Source: Actinomycetota bacterium
GTDB lineage: Bacteria > Actinomycetota > Acidimicrobiia > Acidimicrobiales > CADCSY01
Reading direction: 5' to 3'
Assembly: GCA_016781105.1 (NCBI GenBank)
Contig: JADDRA010000038.1
Span: 1 to 55,708 of the forward strand
Length of the DNA: 55,708 nt
Shown here: positions 9,794-19,035 of the stretch, piece after piece
How positions within the stretch are numbered: the first letter of the stretch is position 1
How the letters are laid out: each line of letters begins with the position of its first letter
Translations under genes and position numbers: made by a program
The notes under the pieces: model-generated
Told to the model about the DNA's origin: nothing
The model's database searches: none
The model's input: the letters and a program-made list of their open reading frames with translations, nothing else

Positions 9794-10555
9794 CTAGCGC
9801 TCGTCCTCGGTCCCCTGGGCGAGGCCGTAACGGAGGAAGAGGAAGCCATCCTCCTCCAACATGTGGAGAAGGGCGGCGTCGAGCATCCGCTTGAGGGGGC
9901 GGGCGCCCATCAGCCTTGCCGCCCCCCCGCCACCGACGACGGTGGGGGCCACGGTAAGGCAGAGCTCGTCCACCACGCCTGCAGAGGCCAGCTCCCCGTT
10001 GAGCGTTGGGCCCCCTTCGCAGAGGACGAGGCGGGCGCCCCGTGCGGAGAGCGCCTCGAGGCCTTGGGCGAGGTCAACGCTGGTGTCTCCCACGATCACG
10101 ACGTCCGCCCGCCCTTGGGCCCGGCGGAGCTCCTCTGCCTGCGCTGATGCTGGCGTGAGGATGACCGGTCGCGTCGCGGGGTCGGTGAACAAGGACGATG
10201 ACCAGTCGAAGTTGAGGCTCCTGGAGACCACGGCGATGGCCGGCAGGGATGATTGGCCTCGAGCCAGGCGGGCGGCTACTGCCGTCCGGTCCAGGCGAGG
10301 TGGGCCGTATCCTTCGGCGCGGACGGTTTGAGCACCGACCAGGATCACGTCGGCGAGGCTTCGCAGGAGGAAGAAGATCCGCTTGTCACCCGGACTTCCG
10401 AGCTTCGCGGTTACGCCTTCGACGGCGGTGGCTCCGTCGATGCTGGTGACCATGTTCACGGCGACATAGGGCCGCTTCGGGCGGGGCGGACGCCCGCCTC
10501 GGTAGAGCTCCTCGACATCGATGTTGTCTCGGTTGACGGGAAAGAGCTGGCGCAT
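9794..10555 (-). CDS. RibD C-terminal domain / pyrimidine reductase family protein
   Basis: 253 aa with PYVAVNMVTSIDGATAVEGVTAKLGSPGDKRIFFLLRSLADVILVGAQTVRAEGY and LCEGGPTLNGEL. These are typical of the dihydrofolate-reductase-like RibD_C fold. Confidence 0.8.
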   Translation of the reverse strand: MRQLFPVNRDNIDVEELYRGGRPPRPKRPYVAVNMVTSIDGATAVEGVTAKLGSPGDKRIFFLLRSLADVILVGAQTVRAEGYGPPRLDRTAVAARLARGQSSLPAIAVVSRSLNFDWSSSLFTDPATRPVILTPASAQAEELRRAQGRADVVIVGDTSVDLAQGLEALSARGARLVLCEGGPTLNGELASAGVVDELCLTVAPTVVGGGGAARLMGARPLKRMLDAALLHMLEEDGFLFLRYGLAQGTEDER

Positions 10556-11189
10556 GTGGGCCTCCGGTCGTTGGGCGGCGCTGGGCGGTGCGGGTCATGG
10601 TGCCGACATCGGGGAAGATCGACTTGAGGAGTGGCGGGGGTTCCAAGGCGGAGCTCGCCTGAGGCTTCGAGGCCCCGAGCGAGCATCGACTCAGTGTCCG
10701 CCCAGGTCCCCGTCGGCGAACACCGTCGATGCTGGTCCTCCAGTGGTGGAGCCAAGTGGTTCAAGGAGCACCTTGACACCTCGACTGAGCTTTCTATACT
10801 CAATCAGACTACACTTTAGGAATGGGCGGAGAAAGGGGCGAGGACCATGGCGGTGACGACGTTCGGGAGGCACAGGCGATCATGAAGATCGCGGTGGCCC
10901 ACACCAGTAGAAGCAGCAGCCTCGCTGCGGTCGAGGCCGGCATGCACGCCGGGCTCGGCGAGCACGGCCGGCCGTCGGAGGTGGGCGTTCTGTCAGCGGC
11001 GGGCGCCGGCAGGACCGCGGTACGCAGCGCCCCACGCTTGAACGACAAGGCCGTTGCCGAGCTGCACCCGTTACGGGGCCAGGTGTGGGACAGTGACGCG
11101 TTACGGCGGCCGCCTCGGCGGTGGTGGTCGCTCCGCTTGGGCGGCGCCCGCCGACGCTGCCCCCTCTCGAGCGATAAGGACCGGATCTC

Positions 11190-11804
11190 ATGATGACCAC
11201 GACTGCCACCTCCGGCGCCGGCGCCGAGCGAGTGCACGTCGTGGACGGCAGTCCCGTGGACCTGCCGCGGGCAGAGCGCGCCGTCGCCGAGCTGCTCGCT
11301 GCCCTCGGCATCGAGCTGAGCGACGGGGTGCGAGACACACCCCGTCGAGCGGCGGCGGCCTATGCCGAGCTCCTGACGGCTCGTCCCTTCAGCCTCACGA
11401 CATTCCCGAACGAGGCGGACTACGACGAGTTGGTCCTCGCCCGTGACATTCCCTTCCACTCGCTGTGCGAACACCACCTCCTGCCCTTCGTCGGCGTCGC
11501 CCACATCGGCTATCTCCCTGGCGAGCGGATCCTGGGGCTGTCGAAGCTCGCCCGGGTGGTGGAGAGGTTCGCCCGGGGACTTCAGGTGCAGGAGCGTCTA
11601 ACCAAGCAGGTGGCCGACTGGCTCCAGGATCAGCTCGGGGCGAAGGGGATCGGGGTGGTGGTCGAGGCGGAGCACCTGTGCATGTCACTGCGCGGGGTCC
11701 AGGCTTCGGGGACCCGGACCGTGACCTCTGCGGTGCACGGGCTGTTGCGCGACGACGGCCGGTCCCGCCAGGAGTTCTTCGCCTTGACCGGGATACACCG
11801 TTGA
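11190..11804 (+). CDS. folE: GTP cyclohydrolase I
   Basis: 204 aa with the hallmark FHSLCEHHLLPFVGVAHIGYLPGERILGLSKLARVVERFARGLQVQERLT. Confidence 0.92.
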   Translation: MMTTTATSGAGAERVHVVDGSPVDLPRAERAVAELLAALGIELSDGVRDTPRRAAAAYAELLTARPFSLTTFPNEADYDELVLARDIPFHSLCEHHLLPFVGVAHIGYLPGERILGLSKLARVVERFARGLQVQERLTKQVADWLQDQLGAKGIGVVVEAEHLCMSLRGVQASGTRTVTSAVHGLLRDDGRSRQEFFALTGIHR

Positions 11805-12673
11805 TCGCCCCCGGGCGATCGCCTGAGTCGATCGCCAGCTTCGACCACAGCCAGTACCGCGCTGCGGCCCTGGTGGAGGCCAAGCACGGCCGGTCGGTGT
11901 CGGTGTGCCTGCCGGCCCGCAACGAAGAGGCGACGGTCGGTGACATCGTCGCCGTCGTCCGACGAGACCTCATCGAGCGCGTACGGCTGGTCGACGAGAT
12001 CGTCGTCGTCGACGACGGCTCGACCGACCGCACCGCCGACCATGCGGCACGCGCCGGCGCGCGCGTGGTCACCCTCATCCCCACGACGGCCGGAGCAGGC
12101 GACGGCTCCGGCAAGGGCCAGGCGCTGGCGCGGGCCACCGTGGAAGCCACCGGCGACATCGTCGTCTTCCTGGACGCCGATGTGCGCAACTTCGGGCCTC
12201 ACTTCGTCACCGGCCTCCTCGGGCCGCTCCTGCTCCGCCCCGAAGTCGCCTTCGTCAAGGCGTTCTATCGCCGCCCGTTGCACGGACGACGGGGGGAGGG
12301 CGGACGGGTGAGCGAGCTGGTGGCTCGTCCACTGCTGGCCCGCCTGTTCCCCCACCTGAGCGGCGTCGTCCAGCCGCTGGCCGGGGAGTGCGCCGCCCAG
12401 CGCCGGGTGCTCGAAGAGGTCGACTTCGCCGACGGCTACGGCGTGGAGCTGGCGATGCTCATCGACGTCGCGCGGCGGTTCGGCGTCGGCTGCCTGGCCC
12501 AGGTCGACCTCGGCGAGCGCGTTCACCGCAACCGGCCCCTTGCCGAGCTCCGTAGCCAGGCCGCCGCCGTGCTCGACGTCGCATTGGCGCGCGCCGGAAT
12601 CGCCGGGGTGGACGGCTACGACGGCGACCAAGCGTTCATGGCCATCACCGCAACGGATCGGAGGCTTGCATGA
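11801..12673 (+). CDS. gpgS: Glucosyl-3-phosphoglycerate synthase (GT81)
   Basis: The sequence matches the GpgS pattern closely: SVCLPARNEEATVGDIV, VVDDGSTDRT, GKGQAL, IVVFLDADV, VKAFYRRPL, GGRVSELVARPLL, QPLAGECAA, GYGVELAMLID, ERVHRNRPL. The start is uncertain; TTG at 11801 overlaps the folE stop, and the upstream part of the listed ORF overlaps folE out of frame. Confidence 0.82.
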   Translation: MIAPGRSPESIASFDHSQYRAAALVEAKHGRSVSVCLPARNEEATVGDIVAVVRRDLIERVRLVDEIVVVDDGSTDRTADHAARAGARVVTLIPTTAGAGDGSGKGQALARATVEATGDIVVFLDADVRNFGPHFVTGLLGPLLLRPEVAFVKAFYRRPLHGRRGEGGRVSELVARPLLARLFPHLSGVVQPLAGECAAQRRVLEEVDFADGYGVELAMLIDVARRFGVGCLAQVDLGERVHRNRPLAELRSQAAAVLDVALARAGIAGVDGYDGDQAFMAITATDRRLA

Positions 12674-13215
12674 ACAAGGAGCAGGTGTTCGTCATCGTCG
12701 GCGCCAGCCTGGCCGGCGCCAAGGCTGGAGAGGCTCTACGAAGCGAGGGCTTCGATGGCCGAGTGGTGCTCATCGGTGAGGAGCCCCATCGGCCCTACGA
12801 ACGCCCGCCGCTGTCAAGGACTACCTGCGGGGCGAGGCCGAGGCCGACAAGCTCTACGTCCACGGCGAGGGCTTCTACACCGAGCACGACATCGAGCTGA
12901 GAACGGGGTCGCCGGTGACGACCATCGACCGGGCCAGCGGCATCGTCATCGACGCCACCGGCGAGCGGACGCGCTACGACCGCCTTCTGGTCGCCACTGG
13001 GGCCGCGGCCCGGAGGCTGCGCTTTCCCGGCGCAGAGCTCGACGGCATCTTCTACCTCCGGTACAGGGCCGACGCCGACCGTCTCCGCCGAGCCCTCGCG
13101 ACGGCCACTCGGGTGGCGGTGGTGGGCGGCGGGTGGATCGGCGCCGAGGTGGCGGCCTCGGTGCGCCAGATGGGCCGGGAGGTGACCATGATCCATTCCG
13201 ACACTGCGCCGCTGC
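12670..13215 (+). pseudogene. Ferredoxin/rubredoxin-type NAD(P)H FAD-dependent reductase, frameshifted and 3'-degraded
   Basis: The start reads MNKEQVFVIVGASLAGAKAGEALRSEGFDGRVVLIGEEPHRPYERPPLS. The sequence then continues in another frame as KDYLRGEAEADKLYVHGEGFYTEHDIELRTGSPVTTID...VAVVGGGWIGAEVAAS, from a 1-bp deletion near 12822. A second shift at about 13212 (APL|ERVLGP) is followed by loss of similarity. Confidence 0.7.
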
Positions 13216-13680
13216 GAGCGTCCTCGGCCCCTCGACGCCTTCGAAGACCACAGTGCCCTCGCCGCACCATCGACGAGGATGTCGACCACGCCCGGAGCGT
13301 GCTCGACCGGCTCAGGCGGTCGGCATCGACATGGCCGACGTCGGCCCCACCCTCGAGCACCAAGGAGTGGGCAGCTTCACCGCCAGCTTGGACGGCCTGT
13401 TGGAGACGCTCGAGGCCAAGCGGGCGGAGCTCGCTCGCCGATGAGCGAGTTCCCTCGAGCGCCCAGTGCGGGCAACGTCGTCGCGTCGACGAGCGAGCAG
13501 GGACGCGGCGGCGAGGTCGTGTCGGAGCCGGTCCCTGGCGTGCCCGCCAGGCACGGCCCGGCCAATTTGACCCGCGCCCTGTCGGTCATCACCGCTGCTC
13601 TCGGCGACGCCGGCGGTCTGGCCGGACCCGCTTCGAGACTGACTACAGGAGCAACAGCCCGCCAGGACTCGTCGGCGGGC

Positions 13681-15516
13681 ATGGCGGGTGCCTGCCCTCC
13701 CGCCTCCTATCCGCCCATTGGCGACTACGCCCCGCTCAGCGACGGCCACTCGGCCGCCCTGGTGTGTCCCGGGACGGGTCGATCGACGGGTGCTGCTTCC
13801 ACCGCTTCGACGCCCGCCCGGTGTTCGCCCGCTTCCTCGACTGGCACCGCGACGGCCACTTCCGCCTGGCACCGGTCGGCCCCTACACCGTGGCCCGGCG
13901 CTACCGGCCCGGCACGAATGTGCTCGAGACCCGCTTCAGCACGAGGAGGACGAGGTCGTGGTGGTCGACTGCATGGCGATCCGCCGAGGCGCATCCGACG
14001 CCGCCGGCACCAACTCCCACCACCAGCTGCTCCGCCTCGTGCGCGGCGAGGCAGGCTGTGTGAGGATGCGGTTGGGTTCGCCCCCCGTTCGACTACGGAC
14101 TCACCATCCCGCGCCTCGAGATGCGGGGGGACGACATCGGTGTCGTCTACGGCGGCGCCGACGCCCTCGTGCTCCAGTCCGAGCTGCCCCTTACCCAGGT
14201 CGAGGTATGCGGCTGCGGCGGGGAGCGGAGCTGGCCGCCGGCGAGAAGTCTTCCTTGCGCTCACCTACTCGCTGCCCCACCGGCTGGAAGCCCACCGGAC
14301 GGGCCGCGACGGGATGCGGGAACGCATCGAGGCGACCTGTCGGTTCTGGATGGACTGGTCGAGCGCCTGCACCTACGAAGGCCCGTACCGCGACGAGGGT
14401 GCTGCGCAGCACCCTCGTCCTCAAGGCCCTCACCAACACTCCACCGGTGCCATCTTCGCCGCTCCGACCATGTCGTTGCCGGAGGAGCTCGGGTGGCGTG
14501 CGCAACTGGGACTACCGCTACTCGTGGCTGCGCGACGCCGCCCTCAACCTCTATACACTGTTCAGCCTGGGCTACACCGAGGAGGCCCACGCCTTCATGG
14601 CCTGGGTCGAGCGAACCACGGCGGGGCGGGCTGAGGGATCTGCAGATCATGTACGGCGTGGGCGGCGAGCGCCTCCTCCCCGAGATCGAGCTCGCTGCCC
14701 TCGACGGGTACAGGAGCTCGAGCCCGATGCGCATCGGCAACGCTGCTGCCGAGCAGTCCACTCGACGTCTACGCCTACCTCCTCGACACCGCCTGGCTCT
14801 ACCACCGCGCCGGCGGGGAGATCACCGCTTCCTTCTGGGGCCTGCTCACCGGGGTGGTGAAGGTCGTCGCCGCCCGCCGGCGGCTCCCCGATGAGGGTAT
14901 CTGGGAGGTCCGCGGCGGCGCCCGCCACTTCGTCTCCTCGAAGGTCATGGCCTGGGTGGCGGTGGACCGGGCCATCCGTCTGGCACGTGCCCGCCGGCTC
15001 CCCGCCGACTTGGACCGATCAACGGCGCTGCGTAGCGAGATCCGCCGGAGCGTCGAGGCCGAAGGTGTCGACGCCGCCACCGGGGCCTTCGTCCAGTCCT
15101 TCGGCAGCTCGGCGCTGGACGCGTCCAACCTGCTCATCCCGCTGGTGCGCTTCCTGCCTGCGGAGGACGCCCGCGTCAGCGCCACCATCGCCCGCACCGC
15201 GGCCGACCTCGCCCCCGGCGGCCTCGTCTACCGGTACCTCGAGGGCGACGACGGACTTCCCGGGGGGGAGGCGACGTTCGTCATCTGCAGCTTCTGGCTG
15301 GTCGACAACCTGGCGCTGGCCGGCCAGACCGGTCGAGCACGGGAGCTGTTCCAACGACTACTCGGCTGCGCCAATGACGTCGGCCTGCTGGCCGAAGAGG
15401 TCGACCCGCTCACGGGCGAACTCCTCGGGAACTTCCCGCAAGCCTTCAGTCACGTCGGACTCATTGGCGCGGCGCTGAACCTTGCACGGGCGGAACGGAG
15501 CGACCATGCCCGGTGA
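13681..15516 (+). pseudogene. GH15 glycoside hydrolase (glucoamylase/trehalase-like), about ten reading-frame switches
   Basis: A full-length GH15 sequence is recovered only by hopping frames. The pieces include YPPIGDYAPLSDGHSAALV | SRDGSIDGCCFHRFDARPVFARFLDW | EDEVVVVDCMAI...VRMRL | FDYGLTIPRLEM and later | TGAIFAAPTMSLPEELG | VRNWDYRYSWLRDAALNLY | DLQIMYGVGGERLLPE | LDVYAYLLD...EGIWEVRGGARHFVSSKVMAWVAVDRA...NFPQAFSHVGLI. Confidence 0.8.
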
Positions 15517-16009
15517 CGGCCCCGACACCGCCTTGCAAGCCCTGGTAGCGACCATCGACTACCCCATGTTCGTCGTCACCACGGCAGCCGCCGACGGAGA
15601 GCGGGCCGGCTGCCTCGTCGGGTTCGCTACGCAGTGCAGCCTGGAGCCAGCCCGCTTACTGGTATGCATCTCCAAGCGTAACCACACCTTTCGGGTGGCC
15701 CGACGGGCCGAGGTGGTCGTCGTGCATTTCCTCGGTGGCGGCAACGTCGACCTTGCGAGACTGTTCGGTGAGAACACCGGTGACGAGGTCGACAAGTTCG
15801 CCCGCTGCACGTGGGAGCCGGGACCGGGCGGCGCCCCCATCGTTCGTGACTGTCGCGGATGGGTCGCCGCGCGGATCATCGAGCGTTTCGACTGTGGCGA
15901 CCATGTCGCCTTCCTGCTCGACCCCGTGGCCAGCGATGCCCGACACGCCGACGACGTCCCTCTCGGGTTCCAAGACGTCCGAGATCTCGACCCCGGCCAC
16001 GATGCTTGA
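15506..16009 (+). CDS. Flavin reductase family protein
   Basis: The flavin-reductase-like fold pattern is present: IDYPMFVVTTAAADGERAGCLVGFATQCSLEPARLLVCISKRNHTF...CGDHVAFLLDPV. The ATG at 15506 was chosen to avoid overlapping the GH15 remnant. Confidence 0.8.
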   Translation: MPGDGPDTALQALVATIDYPMFVVTTAAADGERAGCLVGFATQCSLEPARLLVCISKRNHTFRVARRAEVVVVHFLGGGNVDLARLFGENTGDEVDKFARCTWEPGPGGAPIVRDCRGWVAARIIERFDCGDHVAFLLDPVASDARHADDVPLGFQDVRDLDPGHDA

Positions 16010-16392
16010 TAGACCTCGAAGCGTCTTCGGGGTCGGGGCCCACTGGGTGACCGCGCAGTAGGACCAGCGGGCTCGCGGCGGCCCCAGCAAGCTCTCGGTG
16101 GCCGGAACCTCCGGGCGGCGCTCCCGGACTGTGCTGGCCTCCGCTGGATCGTCTGGGAGTCTCAACGGCTCCGGGTTGGCGTTTGTCGGGATCGAGGTCG
16201 ATGCGCACGGTGAGGAGTTCAGTGCCGAGCGCCCGCACGGCGAGCCCGTTCACACGATGGCTGATGCGTCGGAGCCGAGTATGAGGGCCGTCATGGTCGA
16301 GGACCTGAGCGGTTCCCGATCGCCACCGGCGGCAGAGCAGCACGCGCACTCGAGGGTCGGGAAGCGGGGTTTGCCCTGAGGGCCGGCAAGCC

Positions 16393-16435
16393 CCTCTTAA
16401 TCCGCAGGTTCTGGGTTCGAATCCCTGGGGGCGCA
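16393..16435 (+). tRNA. Partial tRNA-Lys(CUU): 3' half only (anticodon loop to discriminator), not a functional gene
   Basis: The sequence is CTCTTAA (anticodon loop, CTT), TCCGC (3' anticodon stem), AGGTT (variable loop), CTGGG-TTCGAAT-CCCTG (T arm, one mismatch), GGGGCGC-A (acceptor 3' strand plus discriminator). The sequence just upstream cannot form the 5' anticodon stem, D arm or acceptor 5' strand. Confidence 0.6.
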
Positions 16436-16754
16436 CTTACGGAACGGCCCCTTCTTCAGGGTTCCCTTCCTTCTCGTCGCCTGGTCTGTCGATCCGCTCG
16501 ATCAGGCCCCTCCCCATGGTCGACCCATAGATGGAAGCGGCCGTCGAGCAGCAGGAGCCATCTGGCGGCGCGCGCGACGCACGGGTGCATCGGCGTCGGG
16601 CCGCTCGCGCTCGATCCGTCCGGTGGTCTGCCAAGTCGCTCATCCCTCTGGTCGACTTCCAGGTTCTCGAGCCTGCTGCGCCTCTCGTTCGTTGCGAAGC
16701 TCGGCCTTACGCTCGGCCTCTTCGCGCCTGCGAGGGGTCGCGAACGGATGAGCG

Positions 16755-17399
16755 TTGCCAGATGGGGGTAGCGGTGCGGACGTGGAGACAAGCGACCGGC
16801 AGTGGGAGGTCGACGAGCAGCACTTGCTCGATGTGCTCGATCGGGTCGTCGCTGCCGTGGAGAGGGCTTCCCTGCCTTACCTCATCATGGGCGGGATCGC
16901 CTCGGCCAGCCACGGTCGCCCCCGCTGGACCCACGACATCGACCTCTTCGTCCGGCCCGAGAACGCCCGAGACGTGCTGGCCGCGCTGCGTGAGGTGGGT
17001 TTCCGCACGGAGGAGTTCGACGAGTACTGGCTGTTCAAGGCCTTCCTCGACGACGTGCTCGTCGACGTTATCTTCCGGTCGCAAGGTGACATCTTCCTCG
17101 ACGACGACATGCTCAAGAGAGCGACCACCACCAGTTTCCGAGGCCGGAAGATCACCATCGTCCCCCCCGAGGACCTCCTGGTCATCAAGGCTCTGGCCCA
17201 TGCGGAGTACAGCCCCCGGCACTGGCACGACGCCCTGTCATTGATCGCCTCCTGTCAGCTCGACTGGGACTACCTGGCGAAACGGGCCCAGCACGGGCCC
17301 CGGCGGGTGCTCAGCCTCCTGCTGTATGCCCAGTCGAACGACCTCGCCGTGCCTTCGCGGGTCGTGCAAGGGCTGTTCGCGTCCCTCGAGGGCTCCTGA
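16755..17399 (+). CDS. Minimal (pol-beta superfamily) nucleotidyltransferase family protein
   Basis: 214 aa. The NTase signature hG[GS]-x9-13-DxD is seen in LIMGGIASASHGRPRWTHDIDLFV. A helical C-terminal domain follows (PPEDLLVIKALAHAEYSPRHWHDAL). Confidence 0.7.
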   Translation: MPDGGSGADVETSDRQWEVDEQHLLDVLDRVVAAVERASLPYLIMGGIASASHGRPRWTHDIDLFVRPENARDVLAALREVGFRTEEFDEYWLFKAFLDDVLVDVIFRSQGDIFLDDDMLKRATTTSFRGRKITIVPPEDLLVIKALAHAEYSPRHWHDALSLIASCQLDWDYLAKRAQHGPRRVLSLLLYAQSNDLAVPSRVVQGLFASLEGS

Positions 17400-17418
17400 G
17401 CAGGGAAGGCTCGATTTC

Positions 17419-17709
17419 GTGGTCCCCCGCCGACCGGATGTCGATTCCGCCGTTCCCGACCAGTACCTCGTCGAACAGATCCGACGAGCGCTGGCCGAGG
17501 ACCCACGCACGGGCGTGCTCGACGTAGGGGTGGAGGTGGCGGGTAACAGGGTCGTCCTGAGCGGAACGGTCACCACCGACGAGCGAGCAACCACCATCTC
17601 GGCGGTGGTGGAAGAGCTTCTGCCCGACCACAACATCGACAATCAGATGTCCGTGGAGCAGATAGCGGAGTCGGCGGCCGGCCGGATCGAGCCCGAACAC
17701 CTCTCGTGA
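17419..17709 (+). CDS. BON domain-containing protein
   Basis: 96 aa from the GTG at 17419. It shows the BON pattern LVEQIRRALAEDPRTGVLDVGVEVAGNRVVLSGTVTTDERATTISAVVEEL. Confidence 0.7.
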   Translation: MVPRRPDVDSAVPDQYLVEQIRRALAEDPRTGVLDVGVEVAGNRVVLSGTVTTDERATTISAVVEELLPDHNIDNQMSVEQIAESAAGRIEPEHLS

Positions 17710-18458
17710 TGATGCGCATCGCTGCCGTCGGCGACCTGCACATCGGACTCGACTCCGTCGGGACCTTCGAGCACCACCTCGACCAGCTGTCGTCGCAGGC
17801 CGACGCGCTGTTGCTGGCTGGTGATCTCACTCGGGTTGGTGATCCCGCCGAGGCAGCGGTGCTCGCCGACGCGCTGGCCGACGTGGAGCTGCCCAAGATC
17901 GGCGTGCTCGGGAACCACGACTACCACAGCGACCAGCAGGCCGAGGTGACCGACGTGCTCGAAGGCGCCGGCGTGGTGGTCCTCGAAGGCGGCGGTGTCG
18001 TGGTGGACGTCGGCTCCGCTCGGCTGGGAGTGGCCGGCACGAAGGGCTTCGGCGGAGGGTTCGTCGGTGCGTCCGGCAGCGACTTCGGGGAGCCGGAGAT
18101 GAAGGCTTTCGTGCGCCACACCAAGGATCTGGCCAGCCGGCTGGAGGAGAGCCTCTGCGCCCTGGAGGCCGACGTTCGCGTCGCCTTGCTCCACTACGCC
18201 CCGACCGATGCCACCCTGCAGGGCGAACGGCTGGAGATCTACCCCTTCCTCGGCAGTCACCTCCTGGGCGAAGCCATCGACCGGGCCGGCGCCGACCTCG
18301 TGATCCACGGCCATGCTCATGCAGGCAGCGAGAAGGGACTCACGCCTGGAGGGATCCACGTCCGCAACGTGGCCCAGCCGGTCATCGGCCAGCCCTACCA
18401 CCTGTACTGCCTGGGCGATGGTCCGGACGTGGAGTGCCGAACCGAACCGATCCTTTGA
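17706..18458 (+). CDS. Calcineurin-like metallophosphoesterase
   Basis: All metal-binding motifs are present: GDLH, AGDL, GNHDY, LLHYAP and HGHAH. The GTG start overlaps the BON stop (GTGA). Confidence 0.85.
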   Translation: MMMRIAAVGDLHIGLDSVGTFEHHLDQLSSQADALLLAGDLTRVGDPAEAAVLADALADVELPKIGVLGNHDYHSDQQAEVTDVLEGAGVVVLEGGGVVVDVGSARLGVAGTKGFGGGFVGASGSDFGEPEMKAFVRHTKDLASRLEESLCALEADVRVALLHYAPTDATLQGERLEIYPFLGSHLLGEAIDRAGADLVIHGHAHAGSEKGLTPGGIHVRNVAQPVIGQPYHLYCLGDGPDVECRTEPIL

Positions 18459-18660
18459 CGATGGCCCCCTTCTGCACGTCCAACGTGGCCATCTCACCTG
18501 CCCGTTGATCTCGGGGCGACGCTCCGGCGAAGCAAGCGTCTGGCCCTCGATCACGGACGCGAACTGGGCTGGGCAGCTCACGCACCAGGGCGTGGCGGCG
18601 GTCCCAGGGTGAGGCCGAGGCCGTCGTGGCTCGTGACGGGAACCTCGGTGCCGGGCGTTG

Positions 18661-19035
18661 TCAGGGAGAGGCCCGGAGATCCTCGCCTTCGTCGAGCGGT
18701 ACGACCATCGCCTGCTCGAGCGCGTCGGCTTCGGGGATCTCGGGGTCGTCGCTCGGCGACGACGCCTCGTCCTCCCTCATGACGACCTCCCGTGACTGCT
18801 CGAGGTAGTCGGCCTCGGGCACGCTCGGGTGGTCGGATGTGGCGAGTACGGGCTCCAACGGCTCGCCATCCTGGTGCTCAGAAGGGCCGACGTCCTCGAT
18901 CGCGTCCACTGAGACGCTCCTACCCGCCTCCACTGACGCGGTCACGTCTCGTGATCGATGCTTCGGCCCCACCTCCGTAGCCCGCCCCGCGTCGATTTCG
19001 AGCTCGATCTCGGGCGAAGGACGACCCGACCCCAT
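18661..19035 (-). CDS. Hypothetical highly acidic protein with duplicated (V/I)PEAD(Y/A)LEQ motif
   Basis: The 124-aa ORF is rich in D, E, P and S. The motif occurs twice (VPEADYLEQ and IPEADALEQ). No family was recognised with confidence. Confidence 0.4.
   Translation of the reverse strand: MGSGRPSPEIELEIDAGRATEVGPKHRSRDVTASVEAGRSVSVDAIEDVGPSEHQDGEPLEPVLATSDHPSVPEADYLEQSREVVMREDEASSPSDDPEIPEADALEQAMVVPLDEGEDLRASP

Noticed and set aside
16330-16435. An attempt to fold a complete tRNA (including a long-variable-arm or tRNA-Sec-like form), or a tmRNA 3' end, around the GGTTCGAATCC motif.
   Set aside because: The 5' anticodon-stem strand, the D arm and a properly pairing acceptor 5' strand are absent from the upstream sequence. 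The candidate GCGCACT pairs poorly and at the wrong distance. The acceptor end does not resemble the tmRNA GGGG.../...CCCC pairing. It is kept only as a partial tRNA-Lys.
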